From assembly GCA_964016885.1 (NCBI GenBank), contig OZ024741.1, positions 10,354,001 to 10,418,000 on the forward strand: a stretch of 64,000 nt of DNA. The letters run 5' to 3'. The notes below the pieces were generated by a model that worked only from the letters and a program-made list of their open reading frames with translations, was not told where the DNA came from and ran no database searches. Source of the DNA: Eledone cirrhosa. Taxonomy: Eukaryota. The position numbers were made by a program, and so were the translations under genes. Positions 1 to 9,596 of this stretch are shown here, in pieces. The number at the start of each line of letters is the position of its first letter. Positions within the stretch are counted from its first letter, which is position 1.

Positions 1-600
1 GTGGTGGTGGTGGTAGTGGTAGTGGTGGTGGTGGTCATGGTGGTGGTGGTGGTGGTGGTGGTCATGGTGGTGGTGGTCATGGTGATAGTGATGGTAGGGT
101 GATGGTAGTGGTGGTGGTTGCGGTGGTGGTAGTGGTGGTGGTAGTGGTGGTGGTAGTGGTGGTGGTGGAGGTGGTGGTGGTGGTGGTAATGGTGGTGATG
201 GTGGTGATGGAAGTGGTGGTGGTGGTAGTGGTGGTGGTGGTGGTGGTAGTGGTGGTGATGCTGTTGGCGGTGGTGGTGGTGGTGATGATGATGGTGATGA
301 TGGTGGTGGTGGTGATGATGGTAGTGGTGATGGTGGTGGTGGTGATGGTGATGGTGTTGGTGATGGTGATGGTGTTGGTGGTGGTGATGGTGGCGGCGGT
401 GGTGGTGGTGTTAGTGGTGGTGGTGGTGATGATGGTGGTGATGGTGATGGTGGTGGTGATGGTGGTGGGGGTGATGGTGGTGGTGGTGGTGGTGGTGGTT
501 GGACTAGGGGTGGTGGTGGCGCTACGTGTGGTGGGACTAGGGGTGGTGGTGGTGGCGGTGGTGGTAGGGTTGATGGTAGTGGGTGGGGTTAAGGTGGTTG
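1..600. repeat. Degenerate (GTG)n/(ATG)n trinucleotide microsatellite
   Basis: Continuous gtg repeats with atg/gta interruptions; runs off the window start. Confidence 0.95.
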
Positions 601-844
601 TGAGGAGGTGTTATAACAATAATAATCACGACATTTGGTAAAGAAGGGTAGGAGAGCGTGGCAATAGGAGAAGGGGGAGATAGGGAGAGGGTGACAGGGA
701 AATAGAGAGAGGGGGAAGAGGGTAAGACGGAGAGAGAGAGAGAAAGGAAATAACTTGAACATAAAAAAGAGAAAATATGAAAATAGAAAGTAAAAAAATA
801 ATAATAAAAGTGAAAATAGTTAAAAACATAATGAAAGAAGAGAC

Positions 845-1006
845 AAATACATACATACATATATACACGCACACACATACATACACATTCATATACACAC
901 ATATATATACATACACACATACACATATATATACATACACATACATACACTCACACACGCACACAAATACACATACACACGCGCATACACACACACACAT
1001 ATATAT

Positions 1007-1084
<78 letters not shown>

Positions 1085-1308
1085 GTATATATATGTATGT
1101 ATGTATATATATAATTATATATATATATGTGTGTATGTGTGTGTGGGTGTGTGTGCATATATGTATATATATATATGCGTGTGTATAATTATATATATAT
1201 ATATATATATGTGTGACTGTGTATATATATATGTGTGTGGGTGTGTGTGCATATATGCATATATGTATATATATATTTATATGCGTGTGTATAATTATAT
1301 ATATATAT
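845..1308. repeat. Compound (CA)n/(TA)n/(TG)n microsatellite
   Basis: CA/TA-rich 845-1020, pure (TA)n 1021-1080, TA/TG-rich 1083-1308. Confidence 0.95.
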
Positions 1309-1579
1309 CAAAGGATGTTTAAGATGTGACAGAAGGAAAACAATCTTTATGTCTTATACAAGTTGGTCAACTATTGGGGTGGGGGGCGTCTTATATGTGT
1401 GTTTCTGCTGCTGTTACTGTTTCGTCAACTTCATTTTTGTCCTCCACCTCTTCCTCCTCCCCCCCCCCCCTCTTCATATTTTTCTTCTTCTCGAGAATAT
1501 TCTATATTACATTACTTAGATTACTCCGTCGCTATTCTGAGTATCGCGGAGTTACAACAGAGTATTCTCAGTAATATTA

Positions 1580-1620
<41 letters not shown>

Positions 1621-1624
<4 letters not shown>

Positions 1625-1755
1625 GGAAAAAGTATGACCCCGACGGCAGAGCTCTGCCGTCGGGGTCATACTTTTTCCTATTTCCCATTCTACTACCCTA
1701 AGTATTGAGTACTCTGGTGCGTTATGGTCCATCTGGTTCCTTAACACAATTCCTT

Positions 1756-1760
<5 letters not shown>
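1621..1760. mobile_element. Short hairpin-ended element in (TA)n, copy 1 (62-bp perfect palindrome plus ~78-bp tail)
   Basis: 1621-1682 is a perfect palindrome centred on GAGCTC; 1652-1760 is the reverse complement of 4093-4203 (roughly 14 differences in ~108 nt by eye); (TA)n on both sides. Confidence 0.7.
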
Positions 1761-1824
<64 letters not shown>

Positions 1825-1827
<3 letters not shown>

Positions 1828-3222
1828 ATTCCCATTGGGAGATGGAATGGATGGACCAAAGCCATACGGACACCCAAAAACAATGATCAGGTGAGAAAAT
1901 GGTCGCACATGCAATAGGGGCTAGTGTTAAAACTACCCTAAAGGGCCATATGTTTAAATTGAATGAAATGATCTACACCCAGAATGAGGGAGAAGCCACT
2001 GGCGTCAGCATAGTTGGCGATTTTGCCAATCTATTTATGGTATGGTGGGAGAGGAGACCCAGAGATCTCCTCGAAGAGAACTCCACAGACCTCGTCATGT
2101 ACTTTCGTTACGTAGACGATATTAATATAGTAATAAGAACACCCCCACAAGACAGTACTAATAAACATGAATTAGAAAATAGCACAATAGCTAACTCCAT
2201 ACACCAGAGTATAATTGTAACTGTTGACTACCATTCCAAACACCCTAACAATAGACTACCAGTATTAGACACGGAACTTTGGATTAACACTATTGACGAG
2301 AGGGCTCAAATTCTCCACTCACACTATACTAAACCCATGGCCTCGAAATACCTGATACTCAAAAATACAGCAATGTCCAATAGTGCTAAGTTTAATATTC
2401 TGATCGCAGACTTGGTAAGAGTGATGAAGAATGTGTCCCACATGTGTGACCCAACTGAAATGGAAAGACACACCCAACACTTCATCAATCGCATGCAGTT
2501 CTCTGGCTACAACCAAAGAGACAGAATCAGAGTATACAAAGGAGCCACGGAGAAATATAAGACCCTCATAGAAATGGATATGAAAGGAATTTGCCCATTA
2601 TACAGGAGCAAATCATGGAATAGCTTAGATAGGACTAAATATAAGATAGGGAAAGCCACCTCATGGTACGACAACCAGAGATACCAGAGTGTCATGCTCC
2701 TGGATGCTACCGCTGGAGGGAAATTAGCTAACCAATTTAGAAAGGCCCTAAGAAAGACCCACTTAAAGATTAAAGTGGTAGAAAAGCCAGGAACTATCAT
2801 AAAATCCCCGATCAGCAAAACACACCCCTTTAAGAAAACCCACTGTACAAATAAGAAATGTGTTATATGTAAAGTAAACTCCCAGATAAACTGTAAAACT
2901 AGAAATGTAGTCTATAGCATAAGATGTACAGAGGGTACTTGCAGAAACATGACAATGACATACATAGGTGAGACAGCTCGAAGCATAGGAGAAAGAGTAG
3001 ACCAACTCAGGGGGGGACCAAAAGGACAAAAACATTTCAGTACTATACGAACATGCCAGACAAAGGCATGACGGTAATATAGACAACATAGAAATTAAAA
3101 TAATATCCAAGCATAAAAATGACTCAACAGGTAGGCAAATCAGAGAAGCAAGTGAAATAGAGCTTAGAAGACCAAAGTTGAACAGAAAGACCGAATTGAA
3201 TAACAACAACAACCATACCTAA
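1825..3222 (+). pseudogene. PLE reverse transcriptase-GIY-YIG endonuclease ORF, truncated and frameshifted
   Basis: RT motifs YTQNEGEATG, FMVWWE, YFRYVDD, LPVLDTELW, HYTKP, MQFSGY; Cys linker CTNKKCVIC; GIY-YIG VVYSIRC...YIGETARSIGER. After a frameshift near the G-run at ~3010-3016 the frame continues SVLYEHARQRH...RQIREASEIELRRPKLNRKTE to TAA at 3220-3222. A second frameshift lies near 1899. Confidence 0.9.
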
Positions 3223-3475
3223 ACAAACAATACTGACTTAAGGGAAAAATAAATAAATAAATATATATATATATATATATATATACACAAGTACAATAAC
3301 AACAAAGACATATAAACACACACAAAGATAGAATACAAAAACACATACACTCCAAACATTATACACACACGCAAACGCATGATCAGAGACAAAGACAAAA
3401 CGATATAAATAAATAAATAAAAATAAAAATGGCGTAGACATTGCAGTACATTATAGTATATTAGGAGGAAACATA

Positions 3476-3528
3476 ATAGTACCACTGATGATGTTGCAGA
3501 TATGCGACGAAGAACTTTGATAGACTAT
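3476..3528 (+). ncRNA. Degenerate type I hammerhead ribozyme motif in the PLE 3' region
   Basis: CTGATGA 3485-3491, extra T, stem II GTTGCA/TGCGAC with loop GATA, then GAAG instead of GAAA; stem I only partly paired. Probably inactive. Confidence 0.4.
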
Positions 3529-3706
3529 ATATATATATATTTATATCTATATTTTTTACCGTTGGTCAGTCAATCATAAACGTTGATGACCAAGTAAATT
3601 AACTATGGAGATATAAAAGATACAGAAGTGAAAACCAACAAAACAGTGAGTGTGTTCTGTTATTATTTCTGGCAATATTATTACAATATGACCCTCCCCC
3701 AAGTAT

Positions 3707-3748
<42 letters not shown>

Positions 3749-3884
3749 GGCGAGTCTACGATTTCCCGCCTTCACTATACACCAATGTATTTACGGGTCA
3801 CTTTCACGACCTTTTAGACCTGTATTAGTTGGAGTGAGGTCATATATTTTGTCGTTCCTGGGGTTTTTAACCCTAGGACAGGAA

Positions 3885-3972
3885 AATGCTTCTCTGATGA
3901 TCGTTGCTTTTCCATTAATATCCTCGTGATATTTAATGTTTTGCACCGTGAAACTGTACAGTTAGGGCCATT
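3885..3972 (+). ncRNA. Type I hammerhead ribozyme motif with long stem II
   Basis: Stem I AATGCTTCT/AGGGCCATT (one mismatch, two G-U); CTGATGA 3894-3900; interrupted stem II 3902-3948; GAAA 3950-3953; palindromic stem III ACTGTACAGT; GUU triplet 3961-3963. Confidence 0.7.
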
Positions 3973-4092
3973 AGAATAGGTAAATATTTATATTATATTT
4001 TTTAATTTTGATTAATTTTAATTGTATATTAATTTTGATTTATTTTGAAAAATTGGTTGAATTTTACTTGTTCTGCTTATATTGATATATAT

Positions 4093-4290
4093 AACGAAGG
4101 AAATGTGGTGAGGAACCAGGTGGACCATAACGCACCAAAGTACTCAATACTTAGGGTAGTAGAGTGGGTAATAGGAACGAGTAGAACCCGGACGGCTGAG
4201 CTCAAGCCGTTTCGACGGCTAATTCTGGACGGAAAATCCAGAATTAGCCGTCGAAACGGCTTGAGCTCAGCCGTCGGGGTCATACTCGTT

Positions 4291-4295
<5 letters not shown>
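4093..4295. mobile_element. Short hairpin-ended element in (TA)n, copy 2 (59-bp arms, 7-nt loop, plus tail), inverted relative to copy 1
   Basis: Arms 4171-4229 and 4237-4295 pair with ~3 mismatches; tail 4093-4170 matches the reverse complement of 1683-1760; TA repeats on both sides. Confidence 0.7.
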
Positions 4296-4329
<34 letters not shown>

Positions 4330-4504
4330 CAAGTCCAATATTGGAGCTTGAAACCTTTGGTGGCACCTTTGTTCGGTGTATGGACACAAATAAATAATAT
4401 AATATTTCTACTCTCTTCCAGATTGAGCACTGTTTTCCTTTTTCTTTTTTTCACACCTACGAATATTGCTACATACCCCCACCTCACCCACCCATACACA
4501 CATA

Positions 4505-4514
4505 CAGAGAGAGG

Positions 4515-4577
<63 letters not shown>
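4505..4577. repeat. (GA)n microsatellite
   Basis: Direct reading. Confidence 0.95.
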
Positions 4578-5436
4578 GTACAGTAGTTACTGTATCTAGA
4601 GTAACTACAGTAGCTACTGTAGTTAGTGTAGCTCCAGTACATACTGTAGCTACAGTAGCTACTGTAGCTACTGTAGCTACTGTAGCTACAGTAGGGACTG
4701 TACCTACAGTAGCTACAGTAGCTACTGTAGCTACTGTAGCTACTGTAGCTACAGTAGGGACTGTACCTACAGTAGCTACAGTAGCTACTGTAGCTACTGT
4801 AGCTACTGTAGCTACTGTAGCTTCAGTAGCTACTGTAGCTACAGTAGGTACTGTAGCTACTGTAGCTACTGTAGCTACAGTACCTACTGTAGCTACAGTA
4901 CCTACTGTAGCTACAGTAGGTACTGTAGCTAGAGTAGCTACAGTAGCTACTGTAGCTACTGTAGCTACAGTAGCTACAGTAGCTACAGTAGGTACTGTAG
5001 CTAGAGTAGCTACAGTAGCTACTGTAGCTAGAGTAGCTACTGTAGCTAGAGTAGCTACTGTAGCTACAGTAGCTACAGTAGCTACAGTAGCTACAGTAGC
5101 TACAGTAGCTACAGTAGCTACAGTAGCTACAGTAGCTACAGTACCTACTGTAGCTACAGTAGCTACTGTAGCTACAGTAGCTACAGTAGCTACAGTAGCT
5201 ACTGTAGCTACTCTAGCTACAGTAGCTACAGTAGCTACAGTAGCTACAGTAGCTACAGTAGCTACAGTAGCTACAGTACCTACTGTAGCTACAGTAGCTA
5301 CTGTAGCTACAGTAGCTACAGTAGCTACAGTAGCTACTGTAGCTACTGTAGCTACTGTAGGTACAGTCCCTACTGTAGCTACAGTAGCTACAGTAGGTAC
5401 TGTAGGTACAGTACCTACTGTAGCTACTGTAGCTAC
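4578..5436. repeat. 9-bp minisatellite (GTAGCTACW)n with palindromic core
   Basis: ~95 units of GTAGCTAC plus A/T, with variants GTAGGTAC, GTACCTAC, GTAGCTAG. Confidence 0.95.
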
Positions 5437-5513
5437 TTGCAAAGCCAAACGTTTATATCTATCTATGTATCTCTCTCTCCCTCTCTCTCTCTCTGTATAT
5501 ATACATATATATA

Positions 5514-6369
5514 CTAGCTGAATTACCCGGCGTTGCCCGGGTTACTGCTGTTCTTATTCAGATTAGTAAACAATAAATATGAAGATATGTATTTTTTCTC
5601 ATAATTATTTCCAAATATCTATATTTTATAAAAACAAAATATCTAAATTGTAAAGATAATAGAATTTAGAAAGGAAAAACTGTTAATCTTGAAGCACCTT
5701 AGGGTAAACAATATTCATTGTGTAATTTTTGCTGGTGTCCAAATTAATAAATTGTTACTCACACACACACACTCTCACATACACTCACATACATATATTA
5801 AGACAGACACACACAGACATACATTCACACATGTCTGTCATCACATATGTATCTGTATGTGTAGATGTATGTGTGAGTTTAATTGTCTATGTGTATGTGT
5901 AGATGTGTGTGTGTGTTTAATTGTCTATGTGTATGTGTAGATGTGTGTGTGTGTGTTTAATTGTCTATATATATTTGTAGATGTGTGTGTGTGTTTAATT
6001 GTCTATGTGTATGTGTAGATATGTGTGTGTGTTTAATTGTCTATATATATTTGTAGATGTGTGTGTGTGTGTTTAATTGTCTATATGTATGTGTAGATGT
6101 GTGTGTGTGTGTAATTCTTTGAGGCCTAACGTATGAAACGAACTCGCAAACACACACACACTCACAGACACATACACACTCATATACAATGTGACGTCAT
6201 CGTGATCGTGATGGTGGTGGTTTACTATAGTTCATTATAGAAAGGTTATTTTAGATAAAATATTATATTTTTTTAATTCAAATGTAATAAAAATTACATG
6301 TTGACACTTCCGCCGTTTGAGAATGCATAGGAAAAGACAGACAGAGAGACAAAGAATTTTATATATATA
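5514..6369 (-). mobile_element. Probable non-autonomous Helitron
   Basis: Minus-strand 3' end: GC-rich hairpin ACCCGG-cgttgc-CCGGGT (5525-5542) 7 nt from CTAG|T (5514-5517); internal minisatellite; GACA repeats and TTTTATATATATA at the far end, as in short Helitron families. Confidence 0.6.
5850..6112. repeat. ~38-40-bp minisatellite inside the Helitron-like element
   Basis: About 6 copies of GTTTAATTGTCTATRTRTATKTGTAGAT(GT)n. Confidence 0.9.
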
Positions 6370-6883
6370 CTAGCTAAACTACCGGTCCTTTGGACGGTTC
6401 AAGTAGCTTTCGATGTAACTCATTAAACTAAACAAAGTAAATTTGAATACATTGAAGAAAAACGTACTTTATGTAAACATGAAAACCTTAGGCACTATTC
6501 CAGCGAAATGATATTGTTATTATCTTTGTTTCAAGTAGAAAGTTTATAGATTGCTGGTTATGAAATATACGAATATCTTTGTTTCAAGTAGAAAGAGTAA
6601 ATTAAAACCCGACTGAGGCTAATTACGAAAGATAACTCTTGATTAGGAAACATAACTCTTGTGTTACTTAATCACAAAAATCCACATAAATAACCGAAAC
6701 TTTTTTAATGTCTCCAAAGGCCCCAATATCGATTTTTGAAAGCCTTTGTAGATCCTCTACAGGTGTGGTGCAAGGAGAAGCTCTGTAAAAAATTTCAAAG
6801 AAATCGCATGAATGGTTTAGAATATATGAGCCCTCATTAAAAAAGCTCGACACACATAAACACATACATACAGACATTTTCAG

Positions 6884-6928
<45 letters not shown>

Positions 6929-6929
6929 A
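6370..6929 (-). mobile_element. Second probable non-autonomous Helitron (different sequence)
   Basis: A|CTAG at 6369-6373 followed by hairpin ACCG-GTCC-ttt-GGAC-GGT (6381-6398); the other end reads CATACATACAGACA...(TA)nAGA, i.e. 5'-TCTTATATA on the minus strand. The flanking base at 6930 does not fit the canonical A|T target. Confidence 0.55.
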
Positions 6930-7402
6930 AACGAAAGGAGCTGTGTAGTTACTGTAAACAAAGTTTAAGATGGTAGTATGGACGAAACAAGAGAAGAAAA
7001 GAAATCCTTCATCAGCTGTAAACTGAGATCAAGATGTTTCGCCGCTTAATACAGGACATCTAAAAGCGATCAGCGGCGCGCCCAAGGCCTTTTATCGATG
7101 AAAAGGCCACGAGGGAAAGAAAAGAAAAAAGAAGAAAAAGGGAAAAGTAGTGAGGAGAGGGGAAGAGAGAGAAAAAACAAGTAAACAGACGAAATGGGGG
7201 GAGGGGCACAGGACAATGGAACAGGCAAGTGAGTAAGGGGACACATAATATAATATAATATAATATATATGAACATTATATACATAGACATAGAATATTC
7301 GAAAATATTCTGTATGTTTATAATAAACATTTTGAAGACCTAATCGCTATAGAATAGAATACGTCACGTATTACAATTAGATTCTCGATAAAAGCAAGGG
7401 AA

Positions 7403-7445
7403 GTAATCTACGCGTTTCATTCTTATTAGAAATCTTCAGGACTAC
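7403..7445 (-). ncRNA. Minimal type I hammerhead ribozyme, array copy 1
   Basis: Reverse complement reads GTAGTC CTGAAGA T TTCT AATA AGAA T GAAAC GC GTA GATTAC. Confidence 0.85.
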
Positions 7446-7712
7446 ATATCCAGTGCTTTTATCGAGAATGACACAGCTAGAGACTTATAGAATACTTAGC
7501 TGTGTACATGAACTGGTTTGAAAGAGCGGTTGCCGGTCCGGCAGAAATTAGAAATTGGAATAAATGCTCTGAAATAGCGATATATATGTGAATATAGACA
7601 TAGAATATTCGAAAATATTCTGTATGTTTATAATAAACATTTTGAAGACCTAATCGCTATAGAATAGAATACGTCACGTATTACAATTAGATTCTCGATA
7701 AAAGCAAGGGAA

Positions 7713-7755
7713 GTAATCTACGCGTTTCATTCTTATTAGAAATCTTCAGGACTAC
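7713..7755 (-). ncRNA. Minimal type I hammerhead ribozyme, array copy 2
   Basis: Same sequence as copy 1, offset 310. Confidence 0.85.
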
Positions 7756-8022
7756 ATATCCAGTGCTTTTATCGAGAATGACACAGCTAGAGACTTATAG
7801 AATACTTAGCTGTGTACATGAACTGGTTTGAAAGAGCGGTTGCCGGTCCGGCAGAAATTAGAAATTGGAATAAATGCTCTGAAATAGCGATATATATGTG
7901 AATATAGACATAGAATATTCGAAAATATTCTGTATGTTTATAATAAACATTTTGAAGACCTAATCGCTATAGAATAGAATACGTCACGTATTACAATTAG
8001 ATTCTCGATAAAAGCAAGGGAA

Positions 8023-8065
8023 GTAATCTACGCGTTTCATTCTTATTAGAAATCTTCAGGACTAC
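8023..8065 (-). ncRNA. Minimal type I hammerhead ribozyme, array copy 3
   Basis: Same sequence as copy 1, offset 620. Confidence 0.85.
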
Positions 8066-8332
8066 ATATCCAGTGCTTTTATCGAGAATGACACAGCTAG
8101 AGACTTATAGAATACTTAGCTGTGTACATGAACTGGTTTGAAAGAGCGGTTGCCGGTCCGGCAGAAATTAGAAATTGGAATAAATGCTCTGAAATAGCGA
8201 TATATATGTGAATATAGACATAGAATATTCGAAAATATTCTGTATGTTTATAATAAACATTTTGAAGACCTAATCGCTATAGAATAGAATACGTCACGTA
8301 TTACAATTAGATTCTCGATAAAAGCAAGGGAA

Positions 8333-8375
8333 GTAATCTACGCGTTTCATTCTTATTAGAAATCTTCAGGACTAC
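8333..8375 (-). ncRNA. Minimal type I hammerhead ribozyme, array copy 4
   Basis: Same sequence as copy 1, offset 930. Confidence 0.85.
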
Positions 8376-8642
8376 ATATCCAGTGCTTTTATCGAGAATG
8401 ACACAGCTAGAGACTTATAGAATACTTAGCTGTGTACATGAACTGGTTTGAAAGAGCGGTTGCCGGTCCGGCAGAAATTAGAAATTGGAATAAATGCTCT
8501 GAAATAGCGATATATATGTGAATATAGACATAGAATATTCGAAAATATTCTGTATGTTTATAATAAACATTTTGAAGACCTAATCGCTATAGAATAGAAT
8601 ACGTCACGTATTACAATTAGATTCTCGATAAAAGCAAGGGAA

Positions 8643-8685
8643 GTAATCTACGCGTTTCATTCTTATTAGAAATCTTCAGGACTAC
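8643..8685 (-). ncRNA. Minimal type I hammerhead ribozyme, array copy 5
   Basis: Same sequence as copy 1, offset 1240. Confidence 0.85.
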
Positions 8686-8933
8686 ATATCCAGTGCTTTT
8701 ATCGAGAATGACACAGCTAGAGACTTATAGAATACTTAGCTGTGTACATGAACTGGTTTGAAAGAGCGGTTGCCGGTCCGGCAGAAATTAGATATATATC
8801 GCTATTTCAGAGCATTTATTCCAATTTCTAATTTCTGCCGGACCGGCAACCGCTCTTTCAAACCAGTTCATGTACACAGCTAAGTATTCTATAAGTCTCT
8901 AGCTGTGTCATTCTCGATAAAAGCACTGGATAT

Positions 8934-8976
8934 GTAGTCCTGAAGATTTCTAATAAGAATGAAACGCGTAGATTAC
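8934..8976 (+). ncRNA. Minimal type I hammerhead ribozyme, array copy 6
   Basis: Stem I GTAGTC 8934-8939/GATTAC 8971-8976; CTGAAGA 8940-8946; stem II TTCT/AGAA with loop AATA; GAAA 8961-8964; stem III AC-gc-GT; predicted cleavage after GUA at 8970. Confidence 0.87.
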
Positions 8977-9243
8977 TTCCCTTGCTTTTATCGAGAATCT
9001 AATTGTAATACGTGACGTATTCTATTCTATAGCGATTAGGTCTTCAAAATGTTTATTATAAACATACAGAATATTTTCGAATATTCTATGTCTATATTCA
9101 CATATATATCGCTATTTCAGAGCATTTATTCCAATTTCTAATTTCTGCCGGACCGGCAACCGCTCTTTCAAACCAGTTCATGTACACAGCTAAGTATTCT
9201 ATAAGTCTCTAGCTGTGTCATTCTCGATAAAAGCACTGGATAT

Positions 9244-9286
9244 GTAGTCCTGAAGATTTCTAATAAGAATGAAACGCGTAGATTAC
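9244..9286 (+). ncRNA. Minimal type I hammerhead ribozyme, array copy 7
   Basis: Same as copy 6; predicted cleavage after 9280. Confidence 0.87.
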
Positions 9287-9553
9287 TTCCCTTGCTTTTA
9301 TCGAGAATCTAATTGTAATACGTGACGTATTCTATTCTATAGCGATTAGGTCTTCAAAATGTTTATTATAAACATACAGAATATTTTCGAATATTCTATG
9401 TCTATATTCACATATATATCGCTATTTCAGAGCATTTATTCCAATTTCTAATTTCTGCCGGACCGGCAACCGCTCTTTCAAACCAGTTCATGTACACAGC
9501 TAAGTATTCTATAAGTCTCTAGCTGTGTCATTCTCGATAAAAGCACTGGATAT

Positions 9554-9596
9554 GTAGTCCTGAAGATTTCTAATAAGAATGAAACGCGTAGATTAC
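9554..9596 (+). ncRNA. Minimal type I hammerhead ribozyme, array copy 8
   Basis: Same as copy 6; predicted cleavage after 9590. Confidence 0.87.

Larger units (their letters stand above)
1824..3711 (+). mobile_element. Penelope-like retroelement, 5'-truncated, C-terminal GIY-YIG type (Nematis-like)
   Basis: RT plus endonuclease ORF remnant followed by a 3' noncoding region with a degenerate hammerhead; bounded by (TA)n runs. The 3' boundary is approximate and the clade call is from motif recall only. Confidence 0.85.

Noticed and set aside
1488-1570. Imperfect inverted repeats (GAGAATATTCT/AGAGTATTCTC, ACTCCG/CGGAGT) with short words shared with the 310-bp unit
   Set aside because: Matches are short and AT-rich; no ribozyme core or collinear alignment visible.
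99-1917. Short ORFs rich in V, YI, HT, CV
   Set aside because: Microsatellite translations.
4408-5521. (VAT)n ORFs on both strands resembling antifreeze or ice-binding repeats
   Set aside because: Produced by a palindromic 9-bp repeat and flanked by microsatellite-derived sequence; the same peptide appears on both strands.
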